Assembly (NCBI GenBank): GCA_041612035.1
Contig: JBFILX010000003.1
Span: 1 to 32,591 of the forward strand
DNA from: Gemmatimonadales bacterium
Lineage (GTDB): Bacteria > Gemmatimonadota > Gemmatimonadetes > Gemmatimonadales > GWC2-71-9
Direction of reading: 5' to 3'
Length of the DNA: 32,591 nt
Positions 8,223-16,303 of the stretch are shown piece after piece (the first letter of the stretch is position 1; the number at the start of each line of letters is the position of its first letter). Both the position numbers and the translations under genes were made by a program. The notes beneath the pieces are model-generated. The model did no database searches. It had not been told where the DNA came from and worked only from the letters and a program-made list of their open reading frames with translations.

Positions 8223-9294
8223 GACGGCCTCGGTCCTGGTGGTGGACGACAGCGCCTTCTTCCGGCGGCTGCTGTCGGACCTCATCGCGGGCTCGGGGCG
8301 ATACCGCGTGGTGGGCAGCGCCCGCCACGGCATGGACGCGCTCCGCAAGGTGCATCAGTTCGAGCCCGATCTCGTGACGATGGACCTGGAGATGCCCGAG
8401 CTCGACGGGCTCGGCGCCATCGGGTACATCATGTCCGAGGCCCCCCGCCCGGTGGTGGTGGTGAGCGCGTACGTGGGGGCGGGGACGGTCGGCGCGATCC
8501 GGGCCCTCGAGCTGGGCGCGGTGGAACTGGTGCCCAAGGAGGAGGATCGCAGTCCCGCGTCGCTCGAGCGGCTGCGCGACCGGCTGCTCGCCGCGCTGGA
8601 CGCGGCCCGGTCGGCCGACCTCAGCCGGGTGTCCGTCCTCGCCCGTCCCCAGCATCGCCCGCCGCCGGCCCTGGTGCACGCCCTCCCGGGCCGGGCCCGG
8701 TTCTGCGTGGCGGTCGCGTCGTCCACCGGGGGCCCCCGCGCCCTGGCCGACCTGGTGCCGCAGTTGCCCGCCGGCCGGCGGGCCGGGGTGGTCATCGCCC
8801 AGCACATGCCGCCCGGCTTCACCCGCAGTCTCGCCGAACGGCTGGCGGGGATGAGCCGGCTCCAGGTGGTGGAAGGGGAGGACCGGGCGCCGCTGCTGCA
8901 GGACACGGCCTACGTCGCCCCGGGCGACTGGCACATGGCCGTCGAGACCGGACCCGACGGCCCCCGCCTGCGGCTGGGCCAGTCCCCCGCGGTCTGGGGC
9001 GTGCGGCCGGCGGCCGACCCGCTCTTCCGGTCGGTCGCCACCGCTTACGGTGACCGGGCCATCGGGGTGGTACTGACGGGGCTCGGCAAGGACGGTGCGC
9101 AGGGGCTCCGGGCCATCCGCGACGCGGGCGGGTACGGGATCGCCCAGGACCGCGAGACGTCGGTCATCTACGGCATGCCGGCCGCGGCCGCGGCGGCCGG
9201 CGGGGCGGAGGCGATCCTGCCCCTCGGCGCCATCGCGGACGCGGTCGCCGCCCGGCTCGAACGGCTGGCGCTGACCCGGGCCGAGACGACGTGA
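8212..9294 (+). CDS. cheB: Chemotaxis response regulator protein-glutamate methylesterase CheB
   Basis: REC domain (VVDDS, TMDLEMP, VSA, PK) plus esterase triad SSTGG / QHMP / LTGLGKDG, and 'SVIYGMP'. Confidence 0.95.
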   Translation: MSSETASVLVVDDSAFFRRLLSDLIAGSGRYRVVGSARHGMDALRKVHQFEPDLVTMDLEMPELDGLGAIGYIMSEAPRPVVVVSAYVGAGTVGAIRALELGAVELVPKEEDRSPASLERLRDRLLAALDAARSADLSRVSVLARPQHRPPPALVHALPGRARFCVAVASSTGGPRALADLVPQLPAGRRAGVVIAQHMPPGFTRSLAERLAGMSRLQVVEGEDRAPLLQDTAYVAPGDWHMAVETGPDGPRLRLGQSPAVWGVRPAADPLFRSVATAYGDRAIGVVLTGLGKDGAQGLRAIRDAGGYGIAQDRETSVIYGMPAAAAAAGGAEAILPLGAIADAVAARLERLALTRAETT

Positions 9295-9917
9295 GCGAGG
9301 TCCCCCGGCAGGACCGGCTCGGGGCCTCCACCTTCATGGAGAAGGGGTGGAGCCTCATCGCCTCGGGCGACCCGGAACGGGCCATCGCGGCGCTGCAGGA
9401 GGCCCGGCGCCTGGCGCCCGACGACGTGGACGCCGCGGCCCTGCTGGGCTGGGCCGAGACCCTGACCGGGCGCCACGACGACGCGCTGCAGACCCTGACC
9501 GGGGTCCTGGCGCGCGATCCGGCGCATGCCATGGCGCGGGTGAATCTCGGGTACATCTGCCTGCGGCGGGGCGTCTTCGGCGAGGCCATCGAGCACCTCA
9601 CCCGGGTGATCCACGAACAACGCGACCGCAAGGCGGTGCTGTACGCCCACCACTACCTTGGCCTGGTGTACCTGGAACGGGGGATGGCGGACGATGCCGC
9701 GGGGTTCCTGCGCGAGGCGGTGGCCCTGGGGCCCAACCTGATCGAGGCCCGGTACGACCTCGGGCGCGCGCTCGCGCTGGCCGGCCGGCCGGCGGAGGCG
9801 CTCGCGGTCTGGCGGGAGGGCGCGGCGGTCGGGGCCTATTCGCCGTGGGCGCTGCGGTGCGTCGAGGCGGTCGCGCGGGTCGAGGCCGGAGAGGAGCCGC
9901 CATCCTCGCCGGGCTGA
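9291..9917 (+). CDS. Tetratricopeptide repeat protein
   Basis: GTGA overlap with cheB and repeated TPR helices (ALLGWAE, NLGYIC, YLGLVY, DLGRAL). Confidence 0.85.
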   Translation: MSEVPRQDRLGASTFMEKGWSLIASGDPERAIAALQEARRLAPDDVDAAALLGWAETLTGRHDDALQTLTGVLARDPAHAMARVNLGYICLRRGVFGEAIEHLTRVIHEQRDRKAVLYAHHYLGLVYLERGMADDAAGFLREAVALGPNLIEARYDLGRALALAGRPAEALAVWREGAAVGAYSPWALRCVEAVARVEAGEEPPSSPG

Positions 9918-10816
9918 TCCTGGCCCTCCAGTCGGTCTTCGCGCAGGTGCCGGCGGGGTTTCAGGTCGCGGAAGTCGGCGAGGTGACCGTGATCGCGCCG
10001 GCCAGCCGGATGGCCCTGGGCCTGTCGCTGGCCGACCTGGCCTCCCGGCCGATGGCGTTCCCCGGCCTCGAGCCGCGCCCGGTGGGCCGGATGCGCCTGA
10101 TCGTGCTGGAGGGAAACGGCGCCCGGCAGGTGGTGCGCGGCAGCGTGCCCGAGTGGGGGGTGGGGCTCGCCCTGCCGGGCTCGCGCACGATCATCATCCG
10201 GACCGACGCGCCCGATCCGGCGGCCGTCCTGCGGCACGAGCTGGCCCACCTGGCGCTGCACGACGCCATCCGGAGCCGGGTGCCGCTCTGGTTCGACGAG
10301 GGGTACGCCGTGGTGGCCGCGGGAGAGGTGGCGAGGTTCCGCGGTCTCCAGCTCAACCTGGCGGTGGCCCGGGGCCGGGTGGGGGGCTTCGACGCGCTGG
10401 ACCGGATGCTCCGGCAGGACGCGCTCCGGGCCGGGATCGCCTACGCGCTGGCCGGGTCGGCGGTGCTGCACCTGCTCCGGCTCCAGCCCTCCGGCTCACT
10501 GGCCCCCCTGATCGACCGGCTGGCCGCGGGCGAGCCGTTCGCCGAAGCCCTGGAGCGGACGACGGGGTATACCACCGGGACCTTCGAACGGTCCTGGCGC
10601 ACCGATCTCCGGCGGCGGTACAATGTCTTCCTCTGGCTCGGCGCGGGCGGCGGGTGGGCCGTGCTGGCGGCGGCCGTGGCGGGGATCGCGTGGTGGCGCC
10701 GCCGGCGGGACCGGCCCCGGCGGGCCGCGCTGGACGAGGGGTGGGTGGCGGAAGGGTGGCAGGCGGAGGTGGGGGAGGGCGGCGATCCGCTTGACCCGGG
10801 GCATTCGGCTGGGTAG
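9857..10816 (+). CDS. Exported, membrane-anchored zinc metallopeptidase-like protein (peptidase MA / gluzincin)
   Basis: 3' part of track ORF 9347..10816. The start is uncertain; GTG 9857 gives a basic plus hydrophobic signal-like N-terminus. 'RHELAH...PLWFDEGYA' (HExxH...E), then a C-terminal TM segment followed by RRRRDR. Confidence 0.72.
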   Translation: MRRGGRAGRGRRGAAILAGLILALQSVFAQVPAGFQVAEVGEVTVIAPASRMALGLSLADLASRPMAFPGLEPRPVGRMRLIVLEGNGARQVVRGSVPEWGVGLALPGSRTIIIRTDAPDPAAVLRHELAHLALHDAIRSRVPLWFDEGYAVVAAGEVARFRGLQLNLAVARGRVGGFDALDRMLRQDALRAGIAYALAGSAVLHLLRLQPSGSLAPLIDRLAAGEPFAEALERTTGYTTGTFERSWRTDLRRRYNVFLWLGAGGGWAVLAAAVAGIAWWRRRRDRPRRAALDEGWVAEGWQAEVGEGGDPLDPGHSAG

Positions 10817-10819
10817 CAT
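10791..10819 (+). promoter_or_regulatory. Putative sigma70-type promoter
   Basis: TTGACC (10791-10796), 17-bp spacer, TAGCAT (10814-10819), 8 nt before ATG 10828. Confidence 0.6.
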
Positions 10820-10827
10820 CCAACTCT

Positions 10828-11019
10828 ATGCCCCAAACCGAGATGGCCCCCGGCGGCCGGCGTCACGCGCTGGGCCGCAGGAACCTCGTCGTGCTGGCTG
10901 CGGCGGTCGCCACGCTCGTCGCGGGGTATGTGCTGCTGGGGGCCGGAAGCACGAGCCTCGCGGCGGTGCTGCTGGTCGTGGGGTATTGTGTGCTGTTCCC
11001 CCTGGCCATCGCGCTCTGA
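10828..11019 (+). CDS. Small two-TM membrane protein (DUF3098-like)
   Basis: 63 aa: 'RRNLVVLAAAVATLVAGYVLL...SLAAVLLVVGYCVLFPLAI'. The family resemblance is from memory only. Confidence 0.65.
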   Translation: MPQTEMAPGGRRHALGRRNLVVLAAAVATLVAGYVLLGAGSTSLAAVLLVVGYCVLFPLAIAL

Positions 11020-11082
11020 GGGCGTGCCCGTCGGTCCCCCTTCGGCGTCTCCCATCAGGTGGAGTGGCCGGCGGGAGCGGTC

Positions 11083-11157
11083 GGGCGAATAGCTCAGCTG
11101 GTCCAGAGCGCCTGCCTTACACGCAGGAAGTCGGGGGTTCGAATCCCTCTTCGCCCA
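11083..11157 (+). tRNA. tRNA-Val (anticodon TAC), CCA not encoded
   Basis: Acceptor stem GGGCGAA/TTCGCCC, D-arm GCTC..GAGC, anticodon arm CCTGC-CT TAC AC-GCAGG and T-loop GTTCGAATC. Confidence 0.97.
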
Positions 11158-11225
11158 TGTGGTCCGCACCGGTGGCCATCCGGGTCACCCATGGCGGAAC
11201 GTTCGAGGTCCGGAGGCCGTCAGGA

Positions 11226-12932
11226 ATGCGTCTGATTCGTTTCGTGTGTCTCGCCTTGTTTGCGGTGGTCGGCGTGGTGCCGGCCCAGGCGCAGCTGCGT
11301 GCCAACCGGCCGCCGCCCCGCACCCAGAACCTGCCGCGGCTCCTCGTGGCCACGCCGTATCCCGCCAACACCGGCGACAGCGCCGCCTCGGTGCGGGTGG
11401 GCGACGGGATGCGCAAGCGGATGGACGACATCGCGGGCCGCTGGTTCAACACGGTCACCCGCGAGCAGATGAACGACGCCCTGCTCCAGTACGCCTATCC
11501 GCCCGACGCGGTGCTGCCGCCCCCGGTGGCCCGCACCCTGGCCACCCAGCTGCAGGCGCGGTTCCTGGTCAGCTCGACCCTGGCGCGGTCGGAGGGCGGC
11601 CGCTACACGGTGCAGGTCCGAGCCGCGGGGCTCAACGACAAGGCGGGGTACACGATCTCGCTGGTGCAGGCCCCGGGGCAGAGTCTCGATGACTTCGGCA
11701 AGGCGTCGGCCGACGCCTTGCAGGGCGCGTTCCGGGCCTACGAGGACGCACGGAAGTGCTGGGACCAGCAGACCACGCGCCCGCGGGACGCGATCGAGTC
11801 GGCCCAGAAGGCGCTGCGCGACCAGCCGGGTCACGGACTGGCCCACTACTGCCTGGGCGAGATCGCCGCCGCGCAGGGGCAGCCGCGCGACTCCCTGATC
11901 AAGCACTACAGCGCCGCCGCCGCGGGCGACCCGCAGAGCCTCGAGGCCTGGAGCCAGCTGGCGATCCAGTATCAGCAGGCCGGCGACAGCGCGAGCACCG
12001 TCAAGGTGTTCCAGGAGATGCTCCGGGTCTCCCCCACCAACCAGCCCCTCCGGGAGCAGGCGTTCCGCCTGTTCCTGCAGTACGGCCGCCCCGAGGCGGC
12101 CCGGCAGGTGGCGGAAGAGGGTCTGGAGATCGATCCGACCAACGCCGACCTGTGGGACCTGAAGAGCAACGCCTGCCTCTTCCTCGAGGACTTCACCTGC
12201 GCCGTGGACGCCCTGGAGCAGGTCCACGAGGTCGACCCGGCCAAGGCCGACTCGGCGTTCTTCAACAAGATCAGCGTGGCCGCCTCCCAGCAGCCGGACA
12301 CCGCGCGGCTGCTCCGGTGGGCGCGGCAGGGGGTCCAGAAGTACCCGGACAACCCGACCCTGCTGGCCCACCTGGCCACCGCCTACGGCTTCGCGGGGCC
12401 GCTGGACAGCGCGATGGTCGCGACGACCCGGCTCATGGCGGTGGACTCCTCCGACCTGCGCCCGGTCCTGAAGACGATCCAGACCCTGGCCACCGCCAAC
12501 CGGGTGACCGAAGTCGAGCCGCTGGGCCGGTACGTGGAGCGGCTGGGGGACGAGGACGACAAGCAGACCTACGCCGTCATCCTGATCAACGGGGCGCTGC
12601 CGCTCCTGCAGCAGGAAGGACAGGACCTGGAGGGGGCCGCGCGCATGGCGCGGAAGGCCGTCTCCCTGTCGGTCTCGGGCGGACGGGTGGCCGCGAACGC
12701 GAACTACGTGCTGGGCCTCGCGACCGCGCTCCAGCTGCCGCCCCGCGACCAGCCGATCATGGACCAGAAGTCCTGTCCGCTGGCGCAGGAGTCGAAGGCC
12801 CTGCTCGACGAGGCGGCGGCCGCGCTGACCGCCGGGCAGACGGTGCGCCCCGACGCGGTCGCCCAGTACATGCGGATCGTGGACGGCTTCCGGCCCCGGG
12901 TGGAGTCGCAGCTCCGCGCGTTCTGCCGGTAA
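11226..12932 (+). CDS. Exported TPR-repeat protein with N-terminal alpha/beta domain
   Basis: ATG at 11226 with GGAGG upstream. Sec-type signal 'MRLIRFVCLALFAVVGVVPAQA' followed by many TPR-like helices. Confidence 0.8.
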   Translation: MRLIRFVCLALFAVVGVVPAQAQLRANRPPPRTQNLPRLLVATPYPANTGDSAASVRVGDGMRKRMDDIAGRWFNTVTREQMNDALLQYAYPPDAVLPPPVARTLATQLQARFLVSSTLARSEGGRYTVQVRAAGLNDKAGYTISLVQAPGQSLDDFGKASADALQGAFRAYEDARKCWDQQTTRPRDAIESAQKALRDQPGHGLAHYCLGEIAAAQGQPRDSLIKHYSAAAAGDPQSLEAWSQLAIQYQQAGDSASTVKVFQEMLRVSPTNQPLREQAFRLFLQYGRPEAARQVAEEGLEIDPTNADLWDLKSNACLFLEDFTCAVDALEQVHEVDPAKADSAFFNKISVAASQQPDTARLLRWARQGVQKYPDNPTLLAHLATAYGFAGPLDSAMVATTRLMAVDSSDLRPVLKTIQTLATANRVTEVEPLGRYVERLGDEDDKQTYAVILINGALPLLQQEGQDLEGAARMARKAVSLSVSGGRVAANANYVLGLATALQLPPRDQPIMDQKSCPLAQESKALLDEAAAALTAGQTVRPDAVAQYMRIVDGFRPRVESQLRAFCR

Positions 12933-12981
12933 GGACTACCACGGAGCGGGGGGCCGGACTAAATTGTCCGGCTCCTCGCGA

Positions 12982-13056
12982 GGGGCTGTAGCTCAGCTTG
13001 GTTAGAGTGCCGCACTGTCACTGCGGAGGTCGCGGGTTCGAGCCCCGTCAGCCCCG
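12982..13056 (+). tRNA. tRNA-Asp (anticodon GTC), CCA not encoded
   Basis: Acceptor stem GGGGCTG/CAGCCCC, anticodon arm CCGCA-CT GTC AC-TGCGG and T-loop GTTCGAGC. Confidence 0.97.
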
Positions 13057-13073
13057 CTCCACGCGGTCTGCAC

Positions 13074-13112
13074 GACACCCCGCCCGGTTCGCCGGGCGGG
13101 GTGTCCGTCTTT
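13074..13112 (+). terminator. Perfect 14-bp hairpin with UUCG loop; putative intrinsic terminator or attenuator after tRNA-Asp
   Basis: GACACCCCGCCCGG-TTCG-CCGGGCGGGGTGTC, followed by CGTCTTT (weak U-tract). Confidence 0.65.
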
Positions 13113-14031
13113 GATGACCGGGGCGCCCCCCGCCGGCTGGCACGCCCCGGTGCTCGTGGGGGAGGTGCTGGCGGCCGCCGGCCGTCCGGCCCGTGCCGTG
13201 GACGCGACGCTGGGCGACGGAGGTCACGCCGCCGCGCTGGTCGCCGCCGGCGCGGAGGTGCTCGGGATCGACCGCGACCCGGAGGCGCTGGTCCGGGCGG
13301 GGGCCCGGCTGGCCGGAGCGCCGGTGCGCCTGGTGCCGGGTGCCTTCGACGACCCGGCGGTGCTGGAACAGGTGGCCGCGTTCCGGCCCGACTTCGCCCT
13401 GCTCGACCTGGGGGTCTCCTCCCGGCAGCTGGACGACGACGCCCTGGGCTTCAGCTTCCGGCCCGGGACCCTGCTGGACATGCGGATGAGCCGGGCCGGC
13501 CCCACCGCCGCCGACCTGCTCAACCGGATGGACGCGGCGGACCTGGCCCGGATGTTCGCCGACCTGGCCGACGAGCGCCGGGCCCGGCGCATGGCCGGGG
13601 AGGTGGTGCGTCGCCGGGCCCGTGAGCCGTTCCGGACCAGCGACGACCTGGTCAACGCGATCCGGGCCGTGCTCGGGCCGTCGAGTGGACCCTCGGACTT
13701 CGCCCGGCTCTTCCAGGCGGTCCGGATCACCGTGAACGATGAGCTCGACCGCCTCGAGCGGGCCCTCCCGGCCTTTCGCGACGCCCTGGAGCCGGGCGGC
13801 ACCCTGGCCGTGATCAGTTATCATTCGGGAGAGGACCGGCTGGTCAAGCGGGCCTTCCGCGAGTGGGCGCGTCGCTGCGTCTGCCCCCCGGCGTTCCCGG
13901 TCTGTCGCTGTCGGGGCCGACCGCTGGGGTCGCTGCCGACGCGTCGGGCGATCACCCCCTCGCCGGAGGAGTCCGCCGCGAACCCGCGGGCCCGCAGCGC
14001 TCGCCTTCGACTCTTTCGCACCGCGACATGA
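13111..14031 (+). CDS. rsmH: 16S rRNA m4C1402 methyltransferase RsmH (MraW)
   Basis: 'HAPVL', 'VDATLGDGGHA', 'DLGVSSRQLD', 'LDMRM', 'FQAVRITVNDEL', 'ISYHSGEDRLVK' and 'NPRARSARLR'. The start may be ATG 13114. Confidence 0.95.
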   Translation: MMTGAPPAGWHAPVLVGEVLAAAGRPARAVDATLGDGGHAAALVAAGAEVLGIDRDPEALVRAGARLAGAPVRLVPGAFDDPAVLEQVAAFRPDFALLDLGVSSRQLDDDALGFSFRPGTLLDMRMSRAGPTAADLLNRMDAADLARMFADLADERRARRMAGEVVRRRAREPFRTSDDLVNAIRAVLGPSSGPSDFARLFQAVRITVNDELDRLERALPAFRDALEPGGTLAVISYHSGEDRLVKRAFREWARRCVCPPAFPVCRCRGRPLGSLPTRRAITPSPEESAANPRARSARLRLFRTAT

Positions 14032-14324
14032 AGCTCCGGGGACGGTTCTGGCTCGGGTTCTGGCTGGTCTTCTTCCTGGTGGTCTCCCTCACCGTGGTGG
14101 CCCGCCAGCGGTCGGCGCTGGCCACGGCGGCGACCCTGCGCGCCCTGCGGGCGGAACGGCTTGCCCTGGAGGCCACCCGGGCCGAGTACGAGCGCCGGAT
14201 CCGGGAAGGCCAGAGCCGGAAGGTGCTGATCCCGCTCGCCGAGACCCGGCTGCAGCTCCGGCTGCCAACCGACAGTGAGTACGTGATCCTCCGGCTGCGT
14301 CCCCCTACCGACCCCAGGGACTGA
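14028..14324 (+). CDS. ftsL: Cell division protein FtsL-like
   Basis: ATGA overlap with rsmH; short TM plus coiled coil; located between rsmH and ftsI. Confidence 0.75.
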   Translation: MKLRGRFWLGFWLVFFLVVSLTVVARQRSALATAATLRALRAERLALEATRAEYERRIREGQSRKVLIPLAETRLQLRLPTDSEYVILRLRPPTDPRD

Positions 14325-16303
14325 TGGCGAACCCGGTCACCCGCATCTCCTTCCTCAACGTGGTGCTGCTCCTGGGCCTGGCCGGGATCGTGGGCCGGGC
14401 GGTACAGCTCCAGGTCGTGGAGGGCGACCGCTGGCGGGCCCAGGCGGAGCGGACCCGGACGGAGACCCGGAGCCTGCCGGCCCGGCGGGGCACCCTGTAC
14501 GACCGGCAGGGGTCGCCCCTGGCGATCTCGCAGGAGAAGTACCGGGTGGGGGTCGCGCCCTGGGAGGTGCCGGCCCGCCAGGCCGATACGGTGGCCCGGC
14601 TCCTGGTGCGGGACCTCGACTTCCCGCGGGCCAAGGTCCGCGAAGCGTTCCGCGCGGTGCGGCAGGGGGAGCACTACCTCTACCGGTACGCGCCGGCCAC
14701 GGCCAGCCAGGTCGAGGCGCTGCGTCGCTACCGCGGGATCCGGCTGGAGCCGGTGTACCTGCGGACCTACCCGTCGGGGCCGCTGGCCCGGGACCTGATC
14801 GGCGCCCTGGAAGCCGACTCGGGCCGGGGCCGTTCCGGCATCGAGCGGGCGATGGACCACCTGCTGGCCGGGGTGCCGGGGCTCGCCGGGTTCCTCCGCG
14901 ACCGGCGCGGCGTGCTGTACGAGTCGCCCGACCGGCTGGTGCGGTCCCCCGTGGCGGGCCACGACGTCCACCTGACGCTCGACGCGGAGCTGCAGGGGAT
15001 CGCCGAGGCGGCGCTGGCGCAGACCTTGGACGAGCAGCAGGCCGACGCGGGGGACGTGGTGCTGATCGAGCCGGCCACGGGCGAGGTGCTGGCCCTGGCC
15101 TCGCAGGTGCGACGCCCGGCGGGCGAGCGGCGCGTGGGGGCCTGGACCCCGTCGGAGCCGGGGTCCACCATCAAGCCCTTCGCCGCGGCCGGGCTCCTCG
15201 CGCTGGGCCGGGCGGCGGCGTCGGACTCGGTGCACGGGGAGAACGGCGTCTGGCAGGTGGATCAGCGCCGCCGCCCGATCCGGGACACCCACCCGCGGGC
15301 CGGCTGGCTCACGCTGGCGCAGGCGATCCAGGTGTCGAGCAACGTCGCCACCACCAAGTTCACCCTCCGGCTGCGCCCCGAGGAGCACTACGACGTGCTG
15401 CGGGACTTCGGCTTCGGGACGCCGACCGGGCTGGAACTTCCCTTCGAGTCGGCCGGCATCCTCAAACGGCCCCACGCCTGGAACCCGGGCAACACCCAGC
15501 CCAGCATGGCCCAGGGCTACGAGCTGGAGGTCACCCCGCTGCAGCTCGCGGCGGCGTACGCGGCGCTGGCCAACGACGGCCTGCTGCCGTCACTCACTCT
15601 GGTGCGGGAGATCCGCAATCCGGAAGGCCGGGTCGTCTACCGGCACCGGCCGGCGCCGGTACGCCGGGTGGTGAGCGCCGGCGTGGCGGCCCAGGTGCGC
15701 GGCTTCCTGCGGGACGCCGCCTCGGCCGGCGGCGGAACCGGGAGCCGGGCCCAGCTCGCCACCTACCGGGTGATCGGGAAGACCGGGACCGCCAAGAACG
15801 TGGTGGGCGGGACCTACGCCTCGGGGCAGTACACGGCCTCCTTCGCCGGGATGTTCCCGGAGGAGGACCCCCAGCTGGTCTTCGTCGTCCGCATCGTGAA
15901 TCCGCAGGCGGGCGAGTACTACGGGGGACTGGTGGCGGCGCCGCTCACCCGGCGCATGCTGCAGAACGCCCTCGCCGCCCGCCGCTCGGGGATCGACCGC
16001 AGCCGGCTGGCGCTCCGGTCCGCGACCGAGTCGACGGTGCCCGCCCCGGCCCCGGTCCACGACGCGGCCCCCATCGTGATGCCGGTGACCCCCGCCTCGG
16101 CCGGGGCGCGGCCGCCGGCCCCCATGGTGGCCGTGCCCGACGTGATCGGGCTCCCCGTCCGCCGGGCGGCGCTGCAGCTCCACCAGCGCGGTCTCCGCGT
16201 GCGCATGGACGGCCGCGGCACGGTGCGCAGCATGTCCCCGGCCGCGGGCGACTCGGCGCGGGCGGGCAGCGCGATCCGGCTGGTGGCGGGGGCCGGTGGC
16301 TGA
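14324..16303 (+). CDS. ftsI: Class B penicillin-binding protein FtsI with C-terminal PASTA domain
   Basis: 'RRGTLYDRQG', 'EPGSTIKP' (SxxK), 'SSN', 'KTGT', and PASTA-like 'VPDVIGLPVRRA'. Confidence 0.93.
   Translation: MANPVTRISFLNVVLLLGLAGIVGRAVQLQVVEGDRWRAQAERTRTETRSLPARRGTLYDRQGSPLAISQEKYRVGVAPWEVPARQADTVARLLVRDLDFPRAKVREAFRAVRQGEHYLYRYAPATASQVEALRRYRGIRLEPVYLRTYPSGPLARDLIGALEADSGRGRSGIERAMDHLLAGVPGLAGFLRDRRGVLYESPDRLVRSPVAGHDVHLTLDAELQGIAEAALAQTLDEQQADAGDVVLIEPATGEVLALASQVRRPAGERRVGAWTPSEPGSTIKPFAAAGLLALGRAAASDSVHGENGVWQVDQRRRPIRDTHPRAGWLTLAQAIQVSSNVATTKFTLRLRPEEHYDVLRDFGFGTPTGLELPFESAGILKRPHAWNPGNTQPSMAQGYELEVTPLQLAAAYAALANDGLLPSLTLVREIRNPEGRVVYRHRPAPVRRVVSAGVAAQVRGFLRDAASAGGGTGSRAQLATYRVIGKTGTAKNVVGGTYASGQYTASFAGMFPEEDPQLVFVVRIVNPQAGEYYGGLVAAPLTRRMLQNALAARRSGIDRSRLALRSATESTVPAPAPVHDAAPIVMPVTPASAGARPPAPMVAVPDVIGLPVRRAALQLHQRGLRVRMDGRGTVRSMSPAAGDSARAGSAIRLVAGAGG

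Noticed and set aside
9857-9930. Tat signal peptide in the peptidase (RR pairs)
   Set aside because: It does not match S/T-R-R-x-F-L-K, and the Arg richness is explained by GC content and overlap with the upstream gene.
11165-11202. Imperfect hairpin after tRNA-Val
   Set aside because: The stem is short and imperfect with no U-tract, which is expected by chance at this GC content.
11083-13056. Integrative element between tRNA-Val and tRNA-Asp
   Set aside because: No integrase, no duplicated tRNA 3' end (att site) and no obvious compositional shift.
13876-13911. CxC...CxC motif in RsmH
   Set aside because: This is a common insert in RsmH proteins of many phyla and not novel.
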